From NCBI GenBank assembly GCA_040220235.1, contig JAVJTO010000006.1: a stretch of DNA of 64,000 nucleotides; one strand, given 5' to 3'. Positions 42,087-51,675 of this stretch are shown one piece after another. The first letter of the stretch is position 1. Each line of letters opens with the position of its first letter. A model generated the notes under the pieces. The model made no database searches and was not told where the DNA came from. It saw only the letters and a list, made by a program, of their open reading frames with translations. Made by a program: the position numbers and the translations under genes. The stretch comes from Coleofasciculus sp. B1-GNL1-01 (GTDB lineage Bacteria; Cyanobacteriota; Cyanobacteriia; Cyanobacteriales; Coleofasciculaceae).

Positions 42087-44344
42087 TACCTATCTCCTCC
42101 CCTAGATTCAATTTGCAAGTCGGTTTCTTGGTCTTCAAAAATAATCTCTAAGCCTCTGAGATCCTGGAAAATAATTTCCACTCGGCGATCGCGTGCGTAA
42201 TCCACAACGCTGCTACCTGTTGTCCGGCGCTGGCTTTCGCCGAAGGATCGAATCGTCATTCGTCCCGGATCGATTCCTTGGCGCAATAGATAATTCCGCA
42301 CCGATAACGCCCGACGTCTAGCTAAGGCTTGGTTATAGGCGACACTGGCGCGGGGGTCAGTGTGTCCTTGCAGTTCAATGGTGAGGAAGGGATATTCTTT
42401 GAGAACCGCCGCCACTTGATCCAGGATCGCTGCACTCTCTGGCGAGATATCGGAACGATCTAGGGCAAAATGCACATTCCGAGGAACGCGCAGCGTCAAG
42501 GGTTGTTGAACCGGTGGAGTGGGTTCTGGGGGGGGTGGAGGTGGCGGGGGCGTTTGGGTGAGACATTGGGGAATCACGGGGGGTAGGGGTTCTGGGTTGG
42601 GCGGAATTGTACCATTTGAGGATTTTACTACCGCATTTAGGGCGGGTTCTGATGTGCCGTACTCCGGATCAGTCGCGATCGCACTTATGGTTTCCCCAGG
42701 CTGTAACCCTGTCAGGGTAACGCTAAATTGACCCTCGGCATCGGTTATTGTCGTGCCAATCGGTTCATTTAGTGGACCATAGACACTATCGGCGGCTTCC
42801 CGTACCCGATAGAGTTCCACCGTGGAACCGGGTTCAGCTTGACCCAATACTTCTAGCTGATCGCCCAACTGAACCAACTCTTCGGAGGCAAATTGAGGGG
42901 CATTTATCCCATTATTCCCTGTGGTCTGGCGTTGGTACTTAGTGGTACGGGGGGGATTATGACCATCCCCAACTTGGAAATGAATCGGTTCCACATGTTG
43001 CTGGGCATTCAGGTCAATACTCAACCCTTCCAACCCGGCAAACCGATTGGTTTCAATCACATTGCGATCGCTATCTGGATACGCCGTTACCACCACACCG
43101 GGTCCCGGCTGATAAGCGATTTGATTCTCCCTAACTTGGTGATTATTTCCCATCAAATACACCGCCGCCCGTCGCAGGCGTCTGCCATTAAAAATAATTT
43201 GGTTTTCGCGAATTTGTACCGCCCCTTCGGGTTTAAATAAATAAACCCCACTGCCATCATTCCCACAAATTAAATTCCCGGTAATTTCGGAATTATCAAT
43301 CACCCCTTCCAAGCGAATCGCATCGGGCATTCCATCAATGCCATTCCCGACAATAATATTTTCGCTCACCTGTAAATTATTGGCTTGTACAGAGGTAATA
43401 ATCGCACTGCCATCATGGTCAGTAATTCGATTGCGGTAAACTCTTGTGCCTAAACTATTAAACACATAAACCCCAAACGCTGACCTGTTTTCTGGCATTT
43501 CCCCATCCGGGGGAATTCCCAACCAATTAAACTCAAGATTCACATCTTGAGGCGGAACATTTTCCGGATAAAAGGGAAACCGATAATTAGGTGGTTCTTG
43601 CTGACTAATATCCGGGGGCGGTGAGGCATGGGCAATAAAAATATCCGCCGGAGGAGTGGCTAAAGTTGTCTCGTTTACGGCTTTAAAGCCATAAATACTC
43701 AAGCCTCGCACCGTTACACCATCCGCCACAATTGTTAATCCCCGCAAAATTGACTGACCGGGTGTCGGAGTAATAGTGACAATGGGTTGAGGAATGGCAA
43801 TTTCCGCCGTGGGTGAGTTTGTCGGATCATACCCCGGTTGGGTAGTCCCATCCACCACGAGTCCTGGACTTGCCAACGGGGGCAATAATTCAGTCAGATA
43901 AATCGTGGTGTCTTGCGGGGGTAAATTAAACTCAATTTGGGGCGATTGTCCAGGACTGGAACTAACCAACGTTCTTTCAATATCACTTAATTGATTAACT
44001 GTCAATTGACCATTTGTTAGTTCAATCGCTTCCCGTAAAGTGAGAAATTCATCGGGCGCGATACTATCCTGAGTGCTATTAACAATCACCCGTAAACTTG
44101 GGGATTGGGCTGTCGCTAACGTTGGCAATGTTAAGACACTGGTTAACGTTAAAGTTTGTAGTAAGCGCTTTAGCGCTTCTGGCACTAAAGTGCCGACTAC
44201 GAACAGGGGGTTTGTAGTAAGCGCTTTAGCGTTTGTAGTAAGCGCTTTAGCGCTTCTGGCACTAAAGTTTGGAGTCAACACTTTAGCATTTCTGGCACTA
44301 AAGTGCCGACTACGAACACGGACATATTTTTGATTGAACACCAT
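42086..44344 (-). CDS. Right-handed beta-helix + Pro linker + OmpA C-terminal peptidoglycan-binding domain protein
   Basis: VHFALD, GHTD, YNQALARRRA, DRRVEI; N.I..N beta-helix repeats; GAGGAG RBS before ATG 44344. Confidence 0.9.
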   Translation of the reverse strand: MVFNQKYVRVRSRHFSARNAKVLTPNFSARSAKALTTNAKALTTNPLFVVGTLVPEALKRLLQTLTLTSVLTLPTLATAQSPSLRVIVNSTQDSIAPDEFLTLREAIELTNGQLTVNQLSDIERTLVSSSPGQSPQIEFNLPPQDTTIYLTELLPPLASPGLVVDGTTQPGYDPTNSPTAEIAIPQPIVTITPTPGQSILRGLTIVADGVTVRGLSIYGFKAVNETTLATPPADIFIAHASPPPDISQQEPPNYRFPFYPENVPPQDVNLEFNWLGIPPDGEMPENRSAFGVYVFNSLGTRVYRNRITDHDGSAIITSVQANNLQVSENIIVGNGIDGMPDAIRLEGVIDNSEITGNLICGNDGSGVYLFKPEGAVQIRENQIIFNGRRLRRAAVYLMGNNHQVRENQIAYQPGPGVVVTAYPDSDRNVIETNRFAGLEGLSIDLNAQQHVEPIHFQVGDGHNPPRTTKYQRQTTGNNGINAPQFASEELVQLGDQLEVLGQAEPGSTVELYRVREAADSVYGPLNEPIGTTITDAEGQFSVTLTGLQPGETISAIATDPEYGTSEPALNAVVKSSNGTIPPNPEPLPPVIPQCLTQTPPPPPPPPEPTPPVQQPLTLRVPRNVHFALDRSDISPESAAILDQVAAVLKEYPFLTIELQGHTDPRASVAYNQALARRRALSVRNYLLRQGIDPGRMTIRSFGESQRRTTGSSVVDYARDRRVEIIFQDLRGLEIIFEDQETDLQIESRGGDR
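44158..44317. repeat. Cluster of GTAGTAAGCGCTTTAGCGC-type palindromic REP-like units inside the 5' end of the OmpA-domain gene
   Basis: Units at ~44158, 44214, 44235 and 44281; related intergenic copies at ~13215 and ~33319. Confidence 0.85.
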
Positions 44345-44347
44345 TTC

Positions 44348-47300
44348 TCACTCCTCACTCGTGGGATTTGCCGCTGGTTCATTATTCGCCACGGGCTGTA
44401 CTTGAGATTCTTCCTGTTGCGGGGGTGGGGCAACTTTTTGCCGTCCAAATCCACCAAAGAGTTCATTCACCTTAAAGGTGACATTTAAATAAGGACCCCC
44501 TTCGGAACGATACCCGGTAAAATCTCGGTCATCGACACTACCGAAGCTATAGCCCACCCCAACTCGTAAATCAGGGGTGACATAGTACCCCGTTTCTAGC
44601 GCCCAACCCCATTCATCAAAATCGACCGAGGGTTGACCAATCCAGCGCCCTTCTACCGCTAAATCCATCCGGTATCCCAAGCGATAGGTGATGCGTGACT
44701 GTCCCAAATAAATGGTGCTACTATTGCTGAAATTGTCAGCTAAATCTGTGGTACTGCGACGTAGGGCAAATTTCCCATAAAATTCCCACCGCCAATTGGG
44801 TGCATAAATCCCTTCACCAGACAAGACATGATCATTGGAACCTGTACCACTCCCAAAGAGTAAGGTATCGGGAATTGTAGACGGATTTTTGCGATATTCG
44901 TATCGAATTAAGGCATTAAAACGGTCATCATAAGGATTGCGGTAGGCTAATCCCAACTTGACCGACAACGTATCGTCTAAGTCTTCTAAAAGTTGACTGG
45001 CTGCACTCGCTTGTTGGTAACGGAACAAAGCGGTTAAGGAAGGAGAAACCTTACCCAGCGCCGCCGCCGAAATTACTGTGTTATCGCCAGCCGAACTATC
45101 CCGATGTTCCAACCGCGCTGAGGCTTTAAAGTCAGGATTGGCAGTATATTCAACCCCGACGCTAAAGGAATCCCGTTCCGTGAGTCCCAACGACGCCGCA
45201 CTTTGACCGACAGCATAAGGTTGAGAAAAGCGATCGCCTGCGGCTGTAGACTCAAACACATCATCGGCAATGCGTTCGTAACCCAAGTTAACGCGCAATC
45301 CTGGCGCTAGCAATATACCATGTTTCAGTCCCAATGCCGCTTGTCCAGTCATCCCATTCATCCCACCGATAACCGAATATCGGGAGGAAATAGATGTATT
45401 TTCCCCTAACTGATATTGGGTAATCGTTTCCAGACTGGTAATCGAATTATCGTCTAAGAGTCCGCCATCGAAAAACTGATGCGCCAATCTCAGCGTTACT
45501 CCCGGTTCCACCGCCCAATCTAAACCCACGGTGGTGCGGTTGGGATAGAGGGGGTCACTATCATCCAAGTTCAATTCGTTTTGCGCCCGGAAGGTGAAAA
45601 CCTCGTTCAGGGGAACATTCAGGCGAGACACCAATTGACTGGTATTCGTATCAAAGGTATCGCCCAAATTGTCTTCTCGGGAACGGTTGACATATTCTAA
45701 ACTCAGGTCAGATGTGCCAATTTGTTGTTGTACACCCGCCCGGAATGTGGTCAAGCTATTATCCACCCGACTACCGGGTAAAGCCTCACTCGCCCGATTA
45801 AAAATATTATCGGGATTGAAGGGGTCAAAAAACTCAACCAAGCTACGGTCTTCGGCTGCGGTACCAAAGTTATCTTCGTGATCAAAACTCACTCGCACAT
45901 TAGTATTTTCACTCAATTGTGCCGCTACGTTTGCGCCATAGCGAGTTTGACCGGGAGTAAAACTGGTGGTGGCGTTATTCGCAAACCCTTCTTCAACGGA
46001 ACGGTAATACGCCCGCCCTTGAATCCTATCTGAAAAGGCACTGACTGCTTCCAACCGATAGGCATTTCCCGTCACCAATCCCATGAAGGGAGACTCATTC
46101 GTGGAATGACCATATTCGCCAACAATCCGTCCTTGCGTCCCCAAGGAAACTAAGAAGTCCGCACCATAGAGTTCAAAGTTTTGTAACCCTTGGTTTTCCC
46201 GTAGATAGGTGGTTCCTATCCAACGTTCTTGTTGAAAATCTTGGGAGAAGTTATATTGCAACCGTCCCCCATAGATATTGGTGTCGTCATCCGCTTCAAA
46301 CTGATACGTCACCACAATTCGCCGCACTAAGGTATTACCAAAGGGGTCAAATTCCGTGGCTCGCATCGGACGCCGAAACAGGAGTGAGCCTCGGTCATAA
46401 TCAATTTCGTAATCGGGACCACGATAGAGGGCTTTGCGTTCGATGACGGTACCGGGGCGATTCAGTTCTTCGGTTTCAATGTAAACGTTTTCACTTCCGG
46501 GAATCAGCAAGCGACGCGAAAGGAAGTAGTACCCACTGGTGCCATCGGGAAGAATGGTATCCCGTTGAAATCCTTCCACATCAGGGCTAAACAGGGCAGT
46601 AACTTGCAGATTTCCCAGGTTATAATTCCCTTTAAATCCGTGTAATGCCCTCGCTGTAGCCGTAAATTCCTGGGAAGCACGGGTAAATTCGGTGGTATTA
46701 TAATCCCCCCACATCGCATAGTCGGGTTCTGCGCCGGGAACCGGAGAGGAACGCTCGAAGCGCAGATATACGCTGTCTTTGGATGGAGTAATATAGTCTA
46801 CTGTGGAACTATCCCCATATACGGGGTATTGGTTCTCACAGAACTGGGGTCCACGAAATAGGCGGGTGATCCCATCACAGGTTTCATTCAATGGGCGATC
46901 GCTATTATATGCCCCGGTGAATAACCATTCCCCAATTCGACCTGTGGCAAAAATAGCACTATCTAGGTCAGCTTCTAGACCATCATCAATCAAATCGGGA
47001 TTGAGAAACTCGCGGCGACTTTCCCAAAAGTTGCTTCCTGCTTCCCCAATCCGCAAATTAATCACCCCAGAGACTAAGGAAGGGCGCAGGTGGGTGACGA
47101 ATTCGATTTGGGTATAGGCTTGGATGGGTTCGGAAAAGGTGGGAATCGCAGCACTCAGCGTACTCTCTTCTAGGGTGATTTGTTCGATGTCGGGGACACC
47201 GAGTCGTTCAATCGCCGCTCGAATCCGAACTTTCTGGGCGTCTAACCCGGATTGCAGTCGGGCGCTAAATTGCCCTTTTTTCGCCAGAACTTGAAAACCG

Positions 47301-48481
47301 AGTTGATCATCGTCATAGTCAGCCCCGACAAATTCCCCGGCTGCTGCGGTGAGGGTGACAACTGCATCTTCTTCAATCAGTTCCCCGCTTTCTCGGGTGA
47401 TACTCCCTTCAATCGTAATCGTCGATCGACCATCAGCGGGAACACGCGGATCACCAACAGGGGCGAGGCTAATTTGAACGTCGGTTTGGTCGGCTATAGG
47501 GTCAACGGTAACCTGGAGACTAACTGGTGTGCCGTTATCTGGGGCAACAGTAATGGTATTGTCACCTTTTTTGAGCGGGACGCCGTACCAGATTTGGGTA
47601 ACAATGGCTTGAGTTTCATCCCGTTCTATTGTCGTCCGGGTTTGAGCAGAAACAGGTTGTTGATTAATCGTCACCTGAACCTGACTATCGGCGTGATACT
47701 GAATCATCAAGTCCGTTGTGCGATCGCCAATTGTACCGGGTTCCGGAGTGAGAATGCGAATATCACCGGGAGCCAATTGCAGCCCGTTATTAATCGTTTG
47801 TTGCGCCGTGCGGCTGAATTCATCTTGGAAGGCTTCAAGTTCCGACTCGGCGGTTTCTGCTTCCCCAGTTTCCTGGGATAGATTATCCGTTAAATCCGCC
47901 CCTAAAGATTGGTTCTGCTGTACCTCATTCCCCTCATCCCGAATCACCTTGGGTAAAGGTGCTAAAGGCGACTCCATCCGCGCAGGTTCAATATTGCCAA
48001 AGTCTTCACTACTCTGGGATTGGGCAATACTTTCGGACAGGGTATTGGCGAAGTTGTCCGATTCAGACGGTACAAGATTAGAGGGAGAAGGCTCTATCGT
48101 TTGTGTTTCACTCAACTGGGATTCTTCCTGAACCCCATCACTGGAAATGGCTAACTCGTGCTGGAGATCAGGTAAGTTCGAGGTGCTGAAAGCATCGATA
48201 TCACTGCCTGGTTGGTGATCCTGTCGAACCACTGCCTTCCCCAGTTGCCAATCCTCGGTTTCTGATTCCGGCGATACCTCATCGGCTTTCGCCACCGGAA
48301 TGATGCCAATAATCCCCACCAGAATCACTAGCAATCCTAAAGACATCGAAGACAACCATCGTTTACCGGGAACACCGTAATCATCGATACCTTTGAGTAA
48401 CGAAAAATAAAGCGTGAATCTCAGTTGTTTGGCTTGACTCGAGTTCTCCCAACGGTTCTGATCCTGAGTATTATTCATCAC
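44348..48481 (-). CDS. Large predicted outer-membrane beta-barrel protein with periplasmic Ig-like N-terminal region
   Basis: Signal peptide (...PVAKA-D), acidic linker, Ig-like PADGRS segment, and a long C-terminal region of amphipathic aromatic-ended beta strands. Confidence 0.75.
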   Translation of the reverse strand: MMNNTQDQNRWENSSQAKQLRFTLYFSLLKGIDDYGVPGKRWLSSMSLGLLVILVGIIGIIPVAKADEVSPESETEDWQLGKAVVRQDHQPGSDIDAFSTSNLPDLQHELAISSDGVQEESQLSETQTIEPSPSNLVPSESDNFANTLSESIAQSQSSEDFGNIEPARMESPLAPLPKVIRDEGNEVQQNQSLGADLTDNLSQETGEAETAESELEAFQDEFSRTAQQTINNGLQLAPGDIRILTPEPGTIGDRTTDLMIQYHADSQVQVTINQQPVSAQTRTTIERDETQAIVTQIWYGVPLKKGDNTITVAPDNGTPVSLQVTVDPIADQTDVQISLAPVGDPRVPADGRSTITIEGSITRESGELIEEDAVVTLTAAAGEFVGADYDDDQLGFQVLAKKGQFSARLQSGLDAQKVRIRAAIERLGVPDIEQITLEESTLSAAIPTFSEPIQAYTQIEFVTHLRPSLVSGVINLRIGEAGSNFWESRREFLNPDLIDDGLEADLDSAIFATGRIGEWLFTGAYNSDRPLNETCDGITRLFRGPQFCENQYPVYGDSSTVDYITPSKDSVYLRFERSSPVPGAEPDYAMWGDYNTTEFTRASQEFTATARALHGFKGNYNLGNLQVTALFSPDVEGFQRDTILPDGTSGYYFLSRRLLIPGSENVYIETEELNRPGTVIERKALYRGPDYEIDYDRGSLLFRRPMRATEFDPFGNTLVRRIVVTYQFEADDDTNIYGGRLQYNFSQDFQQERWIGTTYLRENQGLQNFELYGADFLVSLGTQGRIVGEYGHSTNESPFMGLVTGNAYRLEAVSAFSDRIQGRAYYRSVEEGFANNATTSFTPGQTRYGANVAAQLSENTNVRVSFDHEDNFGTAAEDRSLVEFFDPFNPDNIFNRASEALPGSRVDNSLTTFRAGVQQQIGTSDLSLEYVNRSREDNLGDTFDTNTSQLVSRLNVPLNEVFTFRAQNELNLDDSDPLYPNRTTVGLDWAVEPGVTLRLAHQFFDGGLLDDNSITSLETITQYQLGENTSISSRYSVIGGMNGMTGQAALGLKHGILLAPGLRVNLGYERIADDVFESTAAGDRFSQPYAVGQSAASLGLTERDSFSVGVEYTANPDFKASARLEHRDSSAGDNTVISAAALGKVSPSLTALFRYQQASAASQLLEDLDDTLSVKLGLAYRNPYDDRFNALIRYEYRKNPSTIPDTLLFGSGTGSNDHVLSGEGIYAPNWRWEFYGKFALRRSTTDLADNFSNSSTIYLGQSRITYRLGYRMDLAVEGRWIGQPSVDFDEWGWALETGYYVTPDLRVGVGYSFGSVDDRDFTGYRSEGGPYLNVTFKVNELFGGFGRQKVAPPPQQEESQVQPVANNEPAANPTSEE

Positions 48482-49392
48482 TGATCCTCCCCATAAGCCG
48501 GTGTCACCGCAAAGTTCATCCGCGCCATCCCTCCAGGTGAAAGTCGCACCAAGCGAGATTGGCTATTCCCTTCGATGAAATAGAGATTGGGAGCGAGGCT
48601 GTATCCGGGCAAACTGCTCAAATCCAGCGTTCCACTGCGATTTCCGGCGATAACGTTGGCTAATGAAAACAAACCATCGGTATCCGTGGTAATCCGGTTA
48701 CCATCATCCATGTAAATTACCGCATTCGGGACTCCCGGTTCTCCCGGTTGTTGTTCGCCATCAAAGTTCTTATCCACGAACACTCGCCCCACGATGGTGC
48801 CGCAATCGGATAAAATTCCCGGTCGAATCCGCATCAAAAAGCTGGCGATATTACTGCGCCGTTCCTGGGCAACATTTCGACCATCGCCCCGAACCGCATC
48901 GGGTGTGATCACCGCCGCATAGATAATATTCAGGGTTTGATTGGGTTCTAAACGAGGAAAGGTAAACGCGACATTGCGCCCATCCCGTTCGGCTGACGGT
49001 AATGTTACGGGTTCTGTATTAGTGCCTGTAGTAATCGAACCTTGCAACGACTCCGGCAAAAATCGCACCCCCAAGGGCGATCGATCCGTTACCACAATGT
49101 CACTTGCAGGGGCTTCTCCGGTGTTTCTCAGGGCGAGGCGGTACACCACCGTATCTCCCGGTTCAGCAGCAGCGCGATCGGCTGTTTTAATCAGCTCTAG
49201 AGCCGCCTGACCTGCCACTAGGGAGGTTTCGTTAGAGTTAACAATACCTGTAGGTAAATTAGCACCGGACGCCGACGCTTGATTTTTAATTTCTTGGGCA
49301 GTAGCCGATGAAGTCCCAGTGAAGAATAATGCAGCAATAAGCGTAGTTAGCAGCCGATCATAGACCCCTAACGTTGCCGTTAAAGATTTCAT
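48478..49392 (-). CDS. DUF11 + SdrD-B-like domain secreted protein
   Basis: Signal peptide, LELIKTADR..AEPGDTVVY DUF11 unit, and GRVFVDKNFDGEQQPGEPGVP. Overlaps the next gene by ATGA. Confidence 0.85.
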   Translation of the reverse strand: MKSLTATLGVYDRLLTTLIAALFFTGTSSATAQEIKNQASASGANLPTGIVNSNETSLVAGQAALELIKTADRAAAEPGDTVVYRLALRNTGEAPASDIVVTDRSPLGVRFLPESLQGSITTGTNTEPVTLPSAERDGRNVAFTFPRLEPNQTLNIIYAAVITPDAVRGDGRNVAQERRSNIASFLMRIRPGILSDCGTIVGRVFVDKNFDGEQQPGEPGVPNAVIYMDDGNRITTDTDGLFSLANVIAGNRSGTLDLSSLPGYSLAPNLYFIEGNSQSRLVRLSPGGMARMNFAVTPAYGEDQ

Positions 49393-50356
49393 CAGAAGGT
49401 AGCACCCCAAAATGGAATTGAATAGTTCAACAGTAAGGAAACTTGTTTGTCCATCAATTGACTGACAAACGTTGCTATTGACCGTGAGTTGGATTGACTG
49501 TTTTTGGGATTTTTACGAGAAACTAAGACCTTAAGACACTGTATATTAGCGTAAAATCTGTTTATCCCTTTTTATGTCGCTCCCCTTTAATTGGTTGAAT
49601 TGGTTGAATGTGTGAGTTTCAGTATATTCCCTGATGTGAATGAATGAACTCTAGCGTTAATATCAATAGTCAATTGGAGCAATTAAGTTATCGATTTTGA
49701 CTCAACCTCTAAGCGCTAAAAAGAATCTAGCCGGTTAAGCCTGCTCCAATGGATTGATAGCTAAGACCCGTTAATTTAGGTTCTCGCAGTTCATTATAGT
49801 AGCCTATGACCAATGACCTGACAAGAGGTCGTGTAGATGCCCTGATAATCACGATTATAAACCATTACTCTACTGATAGAGTAAAGCAATGAATGAGTTA
49901 TAACCAATATCACAACCCTGCCAGAGCTTGAAGTCTGGCAATTTTTTGTGACCGGGGTAAACTGCCCGAATTAAGCTATCGTAACCTATGACATCTGACC
50001 TGACAAGTCATTTTCTTGGAAAATTTACTTCATAAAGTTTTGATAAATTTTTGAGCGGTCACTGAACCAGGAACAAGGAACAGGAGCAAGTCAAGTTGTG
50101 AGCGCATCTAGCACTTTCTAACACTGCGTAATAACAGTAGCCATGAGAAATTGCTGTCATCCTCTATCTTTGGGTCTATAGTCGGAAATCCGAAACGGCT
50201 GTAGAGGTCGGTTTTGTTGAGCGATTATCAGTGACAACGCTTGCATTAATGCCTCAAACTCCCCATACCATAAAACGTTTAATTTTTGTAGGGACGTACC
50301 ATAACACGTCTCTTTTGACCATTAACGGTGATTCCTGGTTCAACGCTTTCGGTTTA

Positions 50357-51373
50357 TCAAGACTTAGTGGCAACAACACGCTGGACGCTCACCTCATTAG
50401 GACAAGGGCGACCCGACTCGACATCACTAATGTTAGATAATGTTGTCTGAGCAATATTTTGCAAAGCATCTTCAGTAAAAAAGGCTTGATGACCTGTAAT
50501 CAAAACGTTAGGGAATGTTAGGAGTCGTTGAAAAACATCATCTTCAATCACTTCTGTAGACAAATCTTCAAAGAACAAGTTAGATTCTTGTTCGTAAACA
50601 TCTAAACCTAGATAGCCAATTTTGCGAGATTTGAGTGCATCAATAACGGCTCGCGTATCAATAAGTGCGCCGCGACTGGTGTTAATCAGCATCACGCCTG
50701 ATTTCATTTGCGCCAATGATTGGGCATTGATCAGGTGACGGGTTTGGGGCGTTAACGGACAATGGAGAGAGATAATATCGGAAGTCGCGAAGAGTTCTTG
50801 GAGATCAACATACTTGACCCCCAACGCTTCACAATCAGGATTCGGATACAAATCATACGCCAGTAATTGACAACCAAATCCATGCAGAATCTGGGCAACC
50901 AGGAAACCAATTTTACCCGTACCGACAATTCCTACCGTTCGCCCATGTAAATCAAATCCCATGAATCCATCCAGGGAAAAATTTCCTTCTCGCACCCGGT
51001 TATAAGCGCGATGAATTTTACGGTTAAGGGTTAAAATGAGTCCTACGGTATGTTCAGCGACAGCATAAGGTGAATAGGCGGGAACTCGCACCACAGTTAT
51101 GCCAAACTCAGCCGCTGCATTTAAATCAATATGGTTGAACCCCGCAGAACGTGTAGCAATCAGCTTCGTCCCCTGTGCAGCCAGCACCCGCAAGGTTGTT
51201 TTATCAAGCTGATCATTGATAAACACGCACACCGCCGGAAACCCAACTGCCAAGGCTGTGGTTTCCTGAGTCAGGCGGGGTTCAAAAAAAACCAGGTCAT
51301 GATTATAATTCGCGTTGGCAGTTTCGAGAAAATTCCGGTCGTAGGATTTGGTATTGAAAACAGCGACTTTCAT
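50357..51373 (-). CDS. ldhA: D-lactate dehydrogenase (2-hydroxyacid dehydrogenase)
   Basis: Motifs [31 protein letters not shown] and TGHQAF. Confidence 0.93.
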   Translation of the reverse strand: MKVAVFNTKSYDRNFLETANANYNHDLVFFEPRLTQETTALAVGFPAVCVFINDQLDKTTLRVLAAQGTKLIATRSAGFNHIDLNAAAEFGITVVRVPAYSPYAVAEHTVGLILTLNRKIHRAYNRVREGNFSLDGFMGFDLHGRTVGIVGTGKIGFLVAQILHGFGCQLLAYDLYPNPDCEALGVKYVDLQELFATSDIISLHCPLTPQTRHLINAQSLAQMKSGVMLINTSRGALIDTRAVIDALKSRKIGYLGLDVYEQESNLFFEDLSTEVIEDDVFQRLLTFPNVLITGHQAFFTEDALQNIAQTTLSNISDVESGRPCPNEVSVQRVVATKS

Positions 51374-51675
51374 GGTTGTTTATTGTTTGATAGAAAGTAA
51401 AAACAAACAGCAAATAACTGAATGCAAGTCTATATCATATTATAATATGATGAATTATAGTTGGAAAATATTGTGATTTTAAATTATTCGGTAACAAAGG
51501 GGTGAGGGGAGGGTGACGCGATTCAATTAAATGTTAATTTATGCAAACGGATCGCCCCTACAAGAAAACATAAAAAAATCTGACGATATCCACCGTTAAC
51601 TTTTATTGTGCATTGATATGCCGTAGGGTGGGTTTCGACTTCGCTCAACCCACCAGCCTTACATTCAGTACCATT

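Noticed and set aside
44348..48481. Calling the large OM protein a TonB-dependent receptor
   Set aside because: No recognisable TonB box or plug motif and no terminal Phe; the gene context is adhesin-like rather than uptake.
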